A stretch of DNA of 64,000 nucleotides from a virus (IMGVR_UViG_3300047476_001426:32001-96000), one strand, 5' to 3'; positions 10,692-21,660 are shown, counted from the stretch's first letter. Notes: generated by a model not told the origin, from the sequence alone. Program-made: numbers and translations.

Positions 10692-12449
10692 TTATCTCAA
10701 GGTGTCAAGACTGAATGTAGTCAAACCACCAACGTTAATCACACCAAAGTAACGGTTGTTAACCATTTTCTTAGCGTATCTTGTCATGATACCTTTGATT
10801 GGTGTAAAGTTGAATGGGTTGTACATTGTAGGTGTCAATTGTAATGGAACGTATGGTGCGTAAATGTAACCAGCGTCCAACAATGATTTACCTTTGTGAC
10901 CGATGATGATTTTACCTGATGGTAAATAAGGGTCACGGTAAACTTGGTAACGACCTGCTAATGAACCGATTTTCTCGATACCCATGTTGTATTGGTCTTG
11001 CTCAGGGTTTGCGTTTGATACGTGGAAGTATTCCAAGTCATCAAATACTGCAGATACCTCAGAAGATACAACAATCCAGTTAGCTCCACCTCTTAAGGTA
11101 GTTTTGTGGATTTGAGCTGAGATTTGGTTAATCTTGGTAACCAAAGTTTGGTTCCAGTCTTTTTGAGTGTAACCAGCGAATGATGAACCACCATTACCGT
11201 ATCTCCACTCATTGTAGTCCCATTTAGCTGACCAAGCGGCACCTTTACGGATGTCACGAAGGATTTCACGGTCGATTTCTGCTGCGATTTGCTCAGACAA
11301 TAAAGCTGTCAATTCTGCTTCAGCATCGATGTTGTGGAATGCACTTACGTCTTGAGCCAATTCAGGAGACCAGCTAGCTCTTAACTTTCTTTCAGTTACA
11401 GAAACTGTTACTGATTGAAGGTCGAAAGATACTTCACCGATTTCTTCTTCGAATTCAAGTGAACTGTATTCTCTCCAAGAAACTTTAAGGTCAGTTGCTG
11501 CCAATGTAGAACCTGCAACTACGTAGTCTGTGTAACCAGTTGTTACACCGTTATATTTTTGTAAGTCAACTTGAAGGTAGATAACACCTTCAGCGTCACA
11601 AATGTTGTCATATTTACCTGTTCTACCAGTACCTTTGCTTCCGTATTCAACAATACCTTTACCGTATTTTTGAGTTACAACGTTGAAAGGGATGTTAGCG
11701 GCTACAGTTGCACCTAAGTGACTATATAGACCACTATCAATTCCTGATTGAGTAAATACTGTTAATGAAGCCAAGAATTCTTCAGTGTCCATAACTTGAC
11801 CGTTAGGACCTGCAAGTTTAGCCGCACCATCGTAAGTTGTGAAACCTGAAAGTTTTAAGATTACACTTGAAACTGAAGTACCTGAAGCGATTGCTGATTG
11901 TGTACTAGCAACACCGTTACTGAATGTTACGAATTCAATAGAAGTACCTGTGATAGTTGAATAGGTACCTTTTGAATAATCGAACAAACCTGAATCTACT
12001 GAATCACTTGACTCATAGAAACGGTCGTACAAGTTATTACCTGTGTAACCAGCAGCTGGGTCAGTCTCAGCACTTGGGAATCCGTAAGGTTGACGGTGAG
12101 CGTTGTCGCTTCTGTCTTGGATTTTAGGTACGAAGTAGAACAATTTACCGATAGGTAAGTTCATTGCTTGTACTGAAACGATGTCATTCGCTAATAATTT
12201 AGAGAATACACGACGGATGATAGGGAATACTACAGTTTCGAAAGAACCTGAAGCATCGGCTACAGCCGCTTCGTTGATTAGGTATGAAGCTTGGTTTTCA
12301 TACAATTGTGCGATGTTGTCTTTTTGGTGACCGTTAAGACCCTCAAGGAATCCTAAGTCGTCCCATTTTTTGATGGTATCTTCTTTGATAACACGAAGGT
12401 GCTTAAGACCGATGTTACCAACCATACCTGATTCTAATAATGCTCCCAT
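10692..12449 (-). CDS. gp23: Major capsid protein, T4 gp23-like
   Basis: LANDIVSVQAMNLPIGKLFY, RKLRASWSPELAQD, YAPYVPL and GIMTRYA motifs of the gp23 family. Confidence 0.95.
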   Translation of the reverse strand: MGALLESGMVGNIGLKHLRVIKEDTIKKWDDLGFLEGLNGHQKDNIAQLYENQASYLINEAAVADASGSFETVVFPIIRRVFSKLLANDIVSVQAMNLPIGKLFYFVPKIQDRSDNAHRQPYGFPSAETDPAAGYTGNNLYDRFYESSDSVDSGLFDYSKGTYSTITGTSIEFVTFSNGVASTQSAIASGTSVSSVILKLSGFTTYDGAAKLAGPNGQVMDTEEFLASLTVFTQSGIDSGLYSHLGATVAANIPFNVVTQKYGKGIVEYGSKGTGRTGKYDNICDAEGVIYLQVDLQKYNGVTTGYTDYVVAGSTLAATDLKVSWREYSSLEFEEEIGEVSFDLQSVTVSVTERKLRASWSPELAQDVSAFHNIDAEAELTALLSEQIAAEIDREILRDIRKGAAWSAKWDYNEWRYGNGGSSFAGYTQKDWNQTLVTKINQISAQIHKTTLRGGANWIVVSSEVSAVFDDLEYFHVSNANPEQDQYNMGIEKIGSLAGRYQVYRDPYLPSGKIIIGHKGKSLLDAGYIYAPYVPLQLTPTMYNPFNFTPIKGIMTRYAKKMVNNRYFGVINVGGLTTFSLDTLR

Positions 12450-12483
12450 TTTAGTATTGATTTTTAATTTTTAAGTTTATTGT

Positions 12484-13749
12484 TTATTTTAATTTCGACA
12501 TCAAATCTTTCATTCTCTTGAATTGTGGATTCTCATATGCTTTAGATTCCGACAATACTTTTTGAGATGAAGAAGAAGTTGGTGCCGTAGTTATTTTATC
12601 AACCACTGATTCAGTCACAGGTTTTTTAGTGTCTAATTCAGTTTTTATAGAACTATATAAGTTCTTAGACTCTTTCAAGGTTGAAATTGAATCGAATCTC
12701 TTTAAGATGTTTAACTTCTCTTGTTTGGTGGTTGAGTGTTCAGTAAACAAACGAGTGGCGTAAGCTAAGTTGGCGTTAAAGACAGCAACTTCATTCAACT
12801 TTTCTTTGAATAATACAAGAGCTTTCTTGTACTCATCATTTTGTTTTTTAAGTTTGCTAACTTCTTCGTTGATTTCTTCTCTCTTATTACCAGCTTGGAA
12901 TTTCTTTTTGGATTTAATTCCTCCATGATATCCATTACCCATAGTACGAGCAGATTCCTCAACATCACCTTCGATAGAATCATCACCTTCTTCGTAAGTT
13001 TCATCAACATATTCTTCTAATGATTCACCTCCTAAGGTTTCATCATCATCTTCATATGACATGTCTTCGTTTGTATCATCAAGTTCGATTTCGTAAACAG
13101 TTTCTTCAGTGTCATCCATCATTTCTTCTAAAGATTCATCTGAATATTCTGATTCATCACCTTCTCCCAAATTTTCATCGGAATATTCTGATTCATCACC
13201 TTCTTCTAAATCTTCTTCAGACATCATAGTTTCATCTAAGTCTTCTTCACCTAACTTAATGATATACTCATCATCACCGTCAGACAATTCAATGTGGTCA
13301 TCATCTTTTTTCACGATTACACCATCTTCAGGACTCATTGCTTTGAAAACTTTTAAAATTTCGTCTTCATCAGCACCTGTCATATCAACAACATCATCAT
13401 CATCGTTTCCGAATCCACCCATGTCAAGCATGTTGTCATCGTCTTCTTCAGATGAATCTTTGTCCTCAATACCTTTAGCTGGCTCATCAGATGAATCGTC
13501 ATCATCTTCGTCTGAGTTATCGTCCCCTATTTCATCATCAGCAACGGCTGACACATCATCTGTGGGGTCTTCGTCAGGAGTAGGTTGTTCTTTAACTTCC
13601 TTCTCCTCATCTTCCATTGATTCTTTCAACAAATCACCTAGTTCTTGCTTCATGGTAGATGCAAGTATACCTTTTGCGTTTGCCTTAACTGCCTCTTCAA
13701 GAGTCTGTACTTGAAGTAATGCTTGTTCTAGAATGGATTTTTCGCTCAT
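12484..13749 (-). CDS. gp22: Prohead core scaffolding protein, gp22-like
   Basis: Highly acidic, coiled-coil C-terminus; lies between protease and capsid genes as in T4. Confidence 0.75.
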   Translation of the reverse strand: MSEKSILEQALLQVQTLEEAVKANAKGILASTMKQELGDLLKESMEDEEKEVKEQPTPDEDPTDDVSAVADDEIGDDNSDEDDDDSSDEPAKGIEDKDSSEEDDDNMLDMGGFGNDDDDVVDMTGADEDEILKVFKAMSPEDGVIVKKDDDHIELSDGDDEYIIKLGEEDLDETMMSEEDLEEGDESEYSDENLGEGDESEYSDESLEEMMDDTEETVYEIELDDTNEDMSYEDDDETLGGESLEEYVDETYEEGDDSIEGDVEESARTMGNGYHGGIKSKKKFQAGNKREEINEEVSKLKKQNDEYKKALVLFKEKLNEVAVFNANLAYATRLFTEHSTTKQEKLNILKRFDSISTLKESKNLYSSIKTELDTKKPVTESVVDKITTAPTSSSSQKVLSESKAYENPQFKRMKDLMSKLK

Positions 13750-13829
13750 TTTATTAAATATATTTTCCTATAAATATGTCGATAATGTAAAAAAATACGG
13801 TTTATAGCGTGATAAACTATAATAAATTA

Positions 13830-14513
13830 TTATTTACCCAAATAAGTATCTAACTTGGACATTAGATTTTTCATCCTATCCGAGTCTACGGGTTTTTCTT
13901 GAATTGATTCTTGATATTGGTCTCTGTCCTTTAAATCGGCAAAAACATACGCACCTGGCGTACTTGGGGATGATACTAAGTCAAAACAAACTAATTCAAA
14001 ATCTTCTTGAACTATGTTTTGACCTTTGATGTTTTTTAATGAACCCACACCTCTTGAAGAAATACCAAGAGTTGCACCATTCATTAATAACATTGCAGCT
14101 TGGTCCCCTTTGGTACTAACTATACCCATTTTCTTCCAAGCGGGAGAAGTAAATAATTTAATCTTACCCATCAAGATTTTTCCATCCCACCATGTTTCTA
14201 ATATGGAATGTGAAACTCTATCTAAATCGATAAGGGAAGATGTTGGGTGATTTAATTCATTTAACGCACTACCTTTTTTAATTAAGGTTTGATATTTTTC
14301 GTTTTCTCTTTTTAAAATGCTTTCAGGATATATTCTACCGTTTTTATTTGGGGTATCATATTTTTGCAAAACTGCGTAAAGGATTATATCTTGTGAATAA
14401 TCCACATCCTTCATTTCAGAAATTATTTTCTGATTCTCTAATGGTGATATATAACCGGCATCGTATTCTATTAGTATACCTTTACCGGTTTCGTTTGGGC
14501 CGAGTATTTTCAT
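13830..14513 (-). CDS. gp21: Prohead protease, gp21-like
   Basis: NKNGRIYP, ELNHP, LGISSRGVGS and FDLVSSPS motifs. Confidence 0.93.
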   Translation of the reverse strand: MKILGPNETGKGILIEYDAGYISPLENQKIISEMKDVDYSQDIILYAVLQKYDTPNKNGRIYPESILKRENEKYQTLIKKGSALNELNHPTSSLIDLDRVSHSILETWWDGKILMGKIKLFTSPAWKKMGIVSTKGDQAAMLLMNGATLGISSRGVGSLKNIKGQNIVQEDFELVCFDLVSSPSTPGAYVFADLKDRDQYQESIQEKPVDSDRMKNLMSKLDTYLGK

Positions 14514-14548
14514 CCAACTTTTTTATAATAAATACCCCGAATACTGAA

Positions 14549-14974
14549 TTAATTCTTCTTTTCAAAGAAATTAAATAAAGTTTCGTCCGTTAAAACGGTA
14601 TCTACTATAGATTCTGATAAGTTGGATATAATGTTTCTAACCTCTTTTGACCTTACATCAAAAAATTTTTCTACATATAAAGTTATTTCAAGGTCCATGA
14701 ATGACCTTTTGTTTTCTTTTATACCATTGGTTTTAATATCTAAATCGACTATTGATTCTCTCTTGAATAGTTCAGAATTTAGAGAATAGATTTTCTCCTT
14801 AATCTGTCTTCTGGTTTTTGATATTAGTTTATCAAAGTCATGGTCGATTATTGTGGGTTGGGTCCATGAGTTTAGTTGAATGTAGACCGTTTTTAAGTTC
14901 TTGTAATCAACAGTGCCGTACCCAATCTTTACATTATTGTGTACACCGATTGAAATAAACTTTCCTTTTTTCAT
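14549..14974 (-). CDS. Hypothetical protein
   Basis: 141-aa ORF in the head module, divergent from rpsU. Confidence 0.6.
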   Translation of the reverse strand: MKKGKFISIGVHNNVKIGYGTVDYKNLKTVYIQLNSWTQPTIIDHDFDKLISKTRRQIKEKIYSLNSELFKRESIVDLDIKTNGIKENKRSFMDLEITLYVEKFFDVRSKEVRNIISNLSESIVDTVLTDETLFNFFEKKN

Positions 14975-15070
14975 TTAAATTTATCATACTTATATATTTT
15001 ATGGTGTATTTAAAATATACAGAATAAACTTAACAAATCAAAATATTTCAATTATATTTAAAAAAAACTT

Positions 15071-15271
15071 ATGATAATCGTAAACGTCAGTAAAGAGAAG
15101 AACCTTGAATCTGCATTAAAAAAATACAAATACAAGGTTCAAAAGACTAAACAAAATGATAAATTGAGGGAGAAACAGGAATATACCAAACCCTCAGTTG
15201 CTAAAAGAAGTAAAAAGTTAAAAGCCATCTACAAACAACAATTATTCACGAATCAAGAAAAATCAAATTAG
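15071..15271 (+). CDS. rpsU: Phage-encoded 30S ribosomal protein bS21
   Basis: 66 aa, basic; V..EKNLESALKKYK.K...LREKQEYTKPSVAKR matches the bS21 pattern. Confidence 0.9.
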   Translation: MIIVNVSKEKNLESALKKYKYKVQKTKQNDKLREKQEYTKPSVAKRSKKLKAIYKQQLFTNQEKSN

Positions 15272-16003
15272 ACCGTTTTTCAATTCAATCAATTTGTAGT
15301 AATTGTATTTAGTATTCTCTGATTTATCTACTTCAGATTTTACATTATTAAGTTTACTTACCACCGAATCCTCGGTCGATTCTTTTAAAAGTGAATCAAG
15401 TTTATTATTCAATTCTTTTTTAATACTTTCCATTTCAAGAACCAGTTCTTCATTTGTCATGGAAACAATCTTATTAAAAATTCCTTTTTGCTCTTCATTT
15501 AAAAAATCTGCGTATTTGATATTGAAATTATTTACCAAGACGGCATTTAATAAAGAATGGTTTTCAATTTGAATTGGGGAAGGTTCAACAACTTCTTGTT
15601 TCTTTTCAGAAACTAAGTGATTTATTAAGTTTTCTCTCGCGTCAATTTTAGATGCAATGTTATGCATGTTTGATTCTTCAGATAAAACATCTAAATCATT
15701 GTAAACCGAACTATTCTCCACAACAACATCTTTGAGAGATTTACCGAACTCTTTCATTTCTTTTTTCAAAGATTTCATCTTATCAATCAAAATAGGTTCA
15801 ATAGATTCCACATACAATTTTGCTTTATCCTTACTTTTAATATTGAGATTTTCTATGTTTTCATAAAACATATACATCTCAACCAAAGATTTATTTGATT
15901 TTAATTTTTTTACCAAATCTTTAATTTCACCTTTATTATTAGAGGTGTACGATTCGGTTAATTTTGTTAACAGTTTTGTTTTTAATTCACCAAAGTTTGT
16001 CAT
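15263..16003 (-). CDS. Hypothetical helical protein (head module)
   Basis: 246-aa ORF directly downstream of the portal gene. Confidence 0.6.
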   Translation of the reverse strand: MTNFGELKTKLLTKLTESYTSNNKGEIKDLVKKLKSNKSLVEMYMFYENIENLNIKSKDKAKLYVESIEPILIDKMKSLKKEMKEFGKSLKDVVVENSSVYNDLDVLSEESNMHNIASKIDARENLINHLVSEKKQEVVEPSPIQIENHSLLNAVLVNNFNIKYADFLNEEQKGIFNKIVSMTNEELVLEMESIKKELNNKLDSLLKESTEDSVVSKLNNVKSEVDKSENTKYNYYKLIELKNGLI

Positions 16004-16008
16004 TTTAG

Positions 16009-17817
16009 TTATTCGTTTAAGAAGTCTTTTAGTTTATTTTCTATTTCATAAATATTCTGTTGAGCTTTATCCATGTTAAATAAATCTTTTAAATTTTCAT
16101 CTTCACCTAACATGCTCAATATATTATGTTTTTTTGTTTCATTTTCACTCAATGGCGCTTCACCTCCAGCTGGTGGTGGCGGTGGTGGTGCGGATGCTCC
16201 CATGTCTCCACCCATTTCTCCTCCTCCTTCAGGTGCTTCACCACCTTCTTGTCTCTCTTCTTCAGGTACACCATACTTAGAATCTACATCATCAAATACT
16301 CCTGAACGTTTAATTACATTTTGGGTATTTGTTAATTCAAATCCTATCGCCCTTTCAAGTCTTTGTTGTTGTAAATCCAACACAACTTCACTATCACTCA
16401 TACCAAGAATGTTTTTCTTAGCCCATGTGTGAGAAACAGGGAGGATACCTATTTGAGATTGGTCTGATGTTGCATCTTTATATAGAGTAATTTTCTCTTT
16501 CCACTGTTCAATTCTTAATAAATCAGATTGTGCTGATGGATTGGTTAACGATAATGTGAAGTTATCCAATTCATCTTCTAAACCAAGTAAATAAAGATGG
16601 ATTAATGCAATCTTATTTAATTCTTGAATTATAGATTTTTGAATTCTATTGATTGTTCTCGCAAAACGTATATCCATTAATGCAAGAGTCTTACCATCAC
16701 CAACGACCTCTTCAAATCCTAAGAATGCTTTTGGGATACGAAGGGCCGCTAACATTTTCTTTTGGATGTACTCAATATCTGCGATTTCACCTAAGTTTTG
16801 TGCTCCCGCTAAAGTCTCGATTGGGTTTGTTTGTGCTGGGTCACGAACAGGTATGAAATAATCTTGGTCTACCGCCATTTGATTATATCTCATATCGACT
16901 TGACCGTTTCTCGAGTCCACTATTTGGTCTCTCTTGAATTTGTTTGCAACACGTTGTACATACGCTTCAATATCTTTGTCATCCATGTTACCAACAAAGA
17001 TTTTAAACACTCTTCTTTCAGGTGCTCTCGTTGTTCTATAAATCAACATCGCATCCTCCGCCAAAAGTAATTGTTTCCAAATCCTTCTTATTTTATCTAA
17101 CATAGAAGTACCGTAAGGTAATTTTCTATCATCCCCCAACAATCTAAAGTGTGCAATTTCCCAAGCTTGAAATTCCAAATCTTTATTCTTCCATTGAAAT
17201 CTTAATTCTCTGGTTGGTAATTGCATTGCATTTTGTTGGTTGGGTGTTTTACTTTCTTTACCCTCGTGTCTTTCTATTTCAATATTTGGTAATTGTTGAC
17301 AACCAATAATACCTCTCTCAGGGTCGATTTTTAAATAAACAAAGTTGTCTCCGTATTTACACACACCTCTTGTCCACATTTGTAGATTAGTGTTTAAATC
17401 TAATCTATTAATGAATAAATCTTCAAGAATACTTTTAATTCTTGTAGATTCTGAGAATATAGTTAAAATTTCACCCTTTTCTGATAGAGTTGTTGATTCT
17501 TCAGCATAAATGTCTAACGCCGCTGAAATCTCAGGAGTAAACTCCATTGATTCATAATCATAATACGCCGATAACCTGTTAGGTTCGTAGTATACTGATT
17601 GGTTATAAAGAGATTGGTCGAGTTTTGTCCATTTATCTGCGATGTATTGACTTTGTTGAGCTTGCAACATCGCTTTCTCATATTCTTCTCGACTATTTGT
17701 TTTTAAAATTTGCTCTTTATCAAAATTGAAAGACGGTGCTTCTTCAGGAGTCACCTTACCGGGAAACCCAAATACTTTTGTTAACCTCTGAAAAACCGTC
17801 AAATTACTTTCTGCCAT
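16009..17817 (-). CDS. gp20: Portal protein, T4 gp20-like
   Basis: EDAMLIYRTTRAPERRVF, DYFIPVR, IETLAG and ALRIPKAFL motifs. Confidence 0.95.
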   Translation of the reverse strand: MAESNLTVFQRLTKVFGFPGKVTPEEAPSFNFDKEQILKTNSREEYEKAMLQAQQSQYIADKWTKLDQSLYNQSVYYEPNRLSAYYDYESMEFTPEISAALDIYAEESTTLSEKGEILTIFSESTRIKSILEDLFINRLDLNTNLQMWTRGVCKYGDNFVYLKIDPERGIIGCQQLPNIEIERHEGKESKTPNQQNAMQLPTRELRFQWKNKDLEFQAWEIAHFRLLGDDRKLPYGTSMLDKIRRIWKQLLLAEDAMLIYRTTRAPERRVFKIFVGNMDDKDIEAYVQRVANKFKRDQIVDSRNGQVDMRYNQMAVDQDYFIPVRDPAQTNPIETLAGAQNLGEIADIEYIQKKMLAALRIPKAFLGFEEVVGDGKTLALMDIRFARTINRIQKSIIQELNKIALIHLYLLGLEDELDNFTLSLTNPSAQSDLLRIEQWKEKITLYKDATSDQSQIGILPVSHTWAKKNILGMSDSEVVLDLQQQRLERAIGFELTNTQNVIKRSGVFDDVDSKYGVPEEERQEGGEAPEGGGEMGGDMGASAPPPPPPAGGEAPLSENETKKHNILSMLGEDENLKDLFNMDKAQQNIYEIENKLKDFLNE

Positions 17818-17869
17818 GTATATAAATAGTTTATGAGAATATAATTAATTCTATTATGATAATAAAGGT

Positions 17870-19645
17870 TTATCTTTTTTTACCGAACAACCACGCGTAC
17901 TGTTGATAGTTTTCTTTTGTTGCATTGTTATTGTGTCTTGGGATACTTGGGTCATTATCCATAGACATCGAACCTATTTGGTCAAACGCGGTCCCATATG
18001 AATAAAATGATTTATTTGGTTCGTATGTTCTTTCAGATAGTGTCCATGACTCTAACATCGCTTTATTTGCGTTTTCATTTTTAGTCAATTGACTAAAGGA
18101 AATATCCCCAACATATAAAGCCATCGACATACTCATAATAGCATCATCATGAGCCCCTTTCATGTGGTCAGGTCTACCATTTATATAGACAAACGTATTT
18201 AATTCGTTCATCAATCTAGCGGACCTAACCTGAAAACCTTTCCTCAATTGTTCCTCAAATGCTGCAACGATTTGTGTTCGTTTATTATTGAAATTTAATC
18301 CAGGAATTTTTTCCATTGCTTTAGAATTATATTCCCAAATATTCTTGGTATTAATACCATCAATGTATAAATTCTTGTAGTTTAATTCTTGAAGTTTTCT
18401 TGATGTTGCAACACCCATACCTCCCGTAATATCGACAACAATAAACGCTTCATATAGAATACCCCATTTATATGCAATGGATGCTAAATCATCTGGTGGT
18501 ATTTTTCCAATATATTCCGCAACTTGTTCTCTCTCGTCGAAATCGATAATATTAATTGATGAGAAATCCTCACTATCACCACGGGATACGTCAACACCCA
18601 TAATATATTTGTGACCTTGTATTGGTTCTTTCCATTGCCAAAAGGTCCCCTGCATATATTTTTCCTTTGGGTCCCTCAACATATTTTTTACAATATTATC
18701 TTGAACCTCACTTGGGATTACACCATCACCTGAACCTAAGAAGTCACATTCTAACTCTTGTGCGATTTTACGTCTATCAAATTTGAATTTTTTAGACATT
18801 GCTTCAAACCATGAAGAAAGTGGTTTATAACCGTCTTCTTCATATTGTTTATAGTTGGCGATATCAAAATCGTACATAACAACTTCATCATCATCATATT
18901 GTTCCCTGTTCAACATATAGTGAACAATATCTGAACATTTAACCCATCTTAAATCTTTTGTATATCGAGGGTCTTTAAACCATCTTAAATCGGTAATGTG
19001 AAAATCGTTAACACCTCTGATTGCTTGGTCATATACACCATAATAAATTGGGTCAAATCCATTAGGTGTAGAAATCAAAATAATTTTACCACCCGTTGAT
19101 AATGACGCCATTGATGCTGCCCAAAAATCCTCACCAGCTTCAATATATGCAGCCTCGTCAAATACAAGTATTGTAGGGGTGTAACCACGTAAAGCATCCG
19201 CAGATGTTGCGACCGCTTTCACCTCACACCCATTGTTTAATCTAAATCTACTTTCAGAGTTTTTATCGGGAGAAAACCCAACATTTAACCAATCAGGCCA
19301 TTGGTCTAAAAAATGTCTAATTTTGTTAGCCATCTCCACCGCGGTATCCTTTTTGTTTGCGATGACAAGAACCCTTTCAGGGTTTTCGGGTTTTGCTAAT
19401 TGTAACTTTTTAGAAATCCAAGCAGCAGTTACTGTTGTAACACCGGCCTGTCTATATTTTCTAGTTATATTTTCGTTATAATGTTCGTAATCTTTGAGTA
19501 ACTGAATTTGGTCAGGAAACAACTCTAACGGCACATATCTTTTTTGAGTATTGTCATATGTTTGAAGATACGTTTTTAATGCGTAGGTAGTATCTTTCAT
19601 TATACGAGCATACTCTTTTAATTGTTCAATTTTTTGATTACTCAT
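17870..19645 (-). CDS. gp17: Terminase large subunit, gp17-like
   Basis: KYRQAGVTT Walker A, LVFDEAA Walker B, ISTPNG, nuclease GVDVSRG and HDDAIM. Confidence 0.95.
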   Translation of the reverse strand: MSNQKIEQLKEYARIMKDTTYALKTYLQTYDNTQKRYVPLELFPDQIQLLKDYEHYNENITRKYRQAGVTTVTAAWISKKLQLAKPENPERVLVIANKKDTAVEMANKIRHFLDQWPDWLNVGFSPDKNSESRFRLNNGCEVKAVATSADALRGYTPTILVFDEAAYIEAGEDFWAASMASLSTGGKIILISTPNGFDPIYYGVYDQAIRGVNDFHITDLRWFKDPRYTKDLRWVKCSDIVHYMLNREQYDDDEVVMYDFDIANYKQYEEDGYKPLSSWFEAMSKKFKFDRRKIAQELECDFLGSGDGVIPSEVQDNIVKNMLRDPKEKYMQGTFWQWKEPIQGHKYIMGVDVSRGDSEDFSSINIIDFDEREQVAEYIGKIPPDDLASIAYKWGILYEAFIVVDITGGMGVATSRKLQELNYKNLYIDGINTKNIWEYNSKAMEKIPGLNFNNKRTQIVAAFEEQLRKGFQVRSARLMNELNTFVYINGRPDHMKGAHDDAIMSMSMALYVGDISFSQLTKNENANKAMLESWTLSERTYEPNKSFYSYGTAFDQIGSMSMDNDPSIPRHNNNATKENYQQYAWLFGKKR

Positions 19646-19658
19646 ATATATAAATATG

Positions 19659-19684
19659 AAAAAGGGTGGTTAAAACCACCCTTC
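19659..19684 (-). terminator. Intrinsic terminator
   Basis: AAGGGTGGT-TAAA-ACCACCCTT hairpin with a minus-strand U-tract. Confidence 0.75.
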
Positions 19685-19693
19685 AGTATTATT

Positions 19694-21043
19694 TTAAGAA
19701 GTAGGACCCTCTGGGTCGTCGTCATCATCTGAGAACCTAATCCCGATGTCTCCTAAGAAATCTCTTAAATCATCATCATCGGTTTCGTCACTTACTTGCT
19801 CCAAATCTTCGTTAAATCTCGACATTGCATCTTGATAATCTTGATTTTTTAACATTTGGTCAATCCCTTGTAATAATTCACCCATAAATCTTTTTCCATT
19901 TTCAGAACCTGATAAAACCTCCTTGGTGAAAACCAAAAATTCTTTAGCTGGTAATCTAAAAATACTCACCAAAAGATAGTTTTGTAATTCAAATTTAGTT
20001 TCATCAACCAAAATTTCTTCAGGGAACTGTCTTCTCATTCTTTCCCAAATCGCTGGACCTAATCTCAAATCCCATACTTCTTTTTCTAAAGTATCTTCAG
20101 ATTGTTCAACTTCGGACCATCTTGGGTCTTCATTACCTTCTTCATCTTTAGGTCTACCTTGAATTGCGAACAATTCTAAAACCCCTTTTATTAATTCATG
20201 AACTAATATTGGGAAATTAATTCCTCTAGCAACAATAGTTGGGGGTGTGGTGTTTCTTCTAACTTCTTGTTTACCACCTACACTTCCACCTCCACCGGCT
20301 CCACCCATCATCATTTTCATGGTGTCATCACTCAATTGCCAATACAGTGTGTCATTTACTGACATTAATATTCCATATTGATTAAGTAACGTTTCTGAAC
20401 CAGTAATTTCTCTAATTTTATCCGCAACAAAATGATACATGTAGTGACCTTTTTTAGATGCCCCCTGTATCATACTATTGATTAATCTTCTTTTTGCTTT
20501 TTCCAAATTCAAAGTACTCAAGTCATCAGATAAATCTTGTTCAATGTCAACAGGTTCCATGTTAGGTTCTTCCTCCATTTCTCTATTGAAATTTGATGTA
20601 TCTATTTGACCCATACCAACAATCTTAGCATCAAACTGTAATCTACCCTCAGGTATAGACATTTCTTTTTTTACTAATTCGATTGCTAATTGTTCGAGAG
20701 CTTCTTTGTGTTCTGATTCAGTTTGAATAATTTCATTGTGGGCATTCATCATCATTTGAGCAAGTGGCATTACACCAGCTTCACCCGTCATAGGGGTTTG
20801 TATACCAGTGTATTCTCTTACTTTAGCAACAACTTGTCTATATCTTTCCGAAGCCAATAATTCTTGGAAATTTTTATTCGGTTCGTCACCTGTCTGAGGT
20901 AAAGGTACTTTTTTTAAAGGTGTGTCACCTTGAGATAACTTATCTTGTATTCCTTGATAAGGTCTATCTTCTGTATCAAAATCCATTGGCATTTCATTAA
21001 TATCTTCCATTAAAGATAATAAATCTTTTTTTGTAAATCTCAT
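19694..21043 (-). CDS. Hypothetical protein (probable virion/internal head protein)
   Basis: 449-aa acidic ORF in a late-motif operon. Confidence 0.55.
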   Translation of the reverse strand: MRFTKKDLLSLMEDINEMPMDFDTEDRPYQGIQDKLSQGDTPLKKVPLPQTGDEPNKNFQELLASERYRQVVAKVREYTGIQTPMTGEAGVMPLAQMMMNAHNEIIQTESEHKEALEQLAIELVKKEMSIPEGRLQFDAKIVGMGQIDTSNFNREMEEEPNMEPVDIEQDLSDDLSTLNLEKAKRRLINSMIQGASKKGHYMYHFVADKIREITGSETLLNQYGILMSVNDTLYWQLSDDTMKMMMGGAGGGGSVGGKQEVRRNTTPPTIVARGINFPILVHELIKGVLELFAIQGRPKDEEGNEDPRWSEVEQSEDTLEKEVWDLRLGPAIWERMRRQFPEEILVDETKFELQNYLLVSIFRLPAKEFLVFTKEVLSGSENGKRFMGELLQGIDQMLKNQDYQDAMSRFNEDLEQVSDETDDDDLRDFLGDIGIRFSDDDDDPEGPTS

Positions 21044-21660
21044 TTTGATATTTTTTTCTTTTCTGCTAATGCCTTTGGTTTTGGGTCAGTACCCGGTCCT
21101 GGCTCATACGGGTCAATAGTTGGTTTCTCAGGTGTCTTCGGTTTAGTTGGGGTATCAACATCAGGTTTTGTTGGTGCCGGTGCTGGTTGTGATGCTACGA
21201 TTGCATCATATGACATAAACTCAGGAACACCATTGTGACCTTTACGGGCTTTACTCTTTGGCATTGGTTGGAACGTTTCACCAACCTTCTCATTTATAAC
21301 ACCCATGATGTCTTTTTTTGATGTAAAATGAGAATATTTTGATTCTGCCAAATCTAAAACCCACTCCTCAATTTCTTGAGATTTGTTTTCTTTGTGTTTT
21401 TTGTCATCACACTTACAATCTTTCATTCCACAAACGGAACAAACTTTAGTCTTATTTTTTTCTGTTAATTGAACATTAAATCCGGCGTCCGTATATTTTT
21501 TAACTTCAGCTGGAGACGTTGTCTTTTTCATCATAACAGAACCCGCCTCTTTTAAAACGGTGTTTGAAAGTGTTATAAGCTCATTATCACTTAAACGAGA
21601 AAGAGTTTTATCCGAAAACCCTTCCATAACTAATTTTTCGATGATTAATTTTCTATTCAT
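21040..21660 (-). CDS. Hypothetical protein
   Basis: 206-aa ORF with CxxC-x3-C-x-C and a Pro/Thr/Lys-rich tail. Confidence 0.55.
   Translation of the reverse strand: MNRKLIIEKLVMEGFSDKTLSRLSDNELITLSNTVLKEAGSVMMKKTTSPAEVKKYTDAGFNVQLTEKNKTKVCSVCGMKDCKCDDKKHKENKSQEIEEWVLDLAESKYSHFTSKKDIMGVINEKVGETFQPMPKSKARKGHNGVPEFMSYDAIVASQPAPAPTKPDVDTPTKPKTPEKPTIDPYEPGPGTDPKPKALAEKKKISK

Noticed and set aside
13109-13714. 201-aa Ser-rich plus-strand ORF
   Set aside because: Antisense shadow of the Asp/Glu-rich scaffold gene. The same applies to the other short antisense ORFs within long genes.
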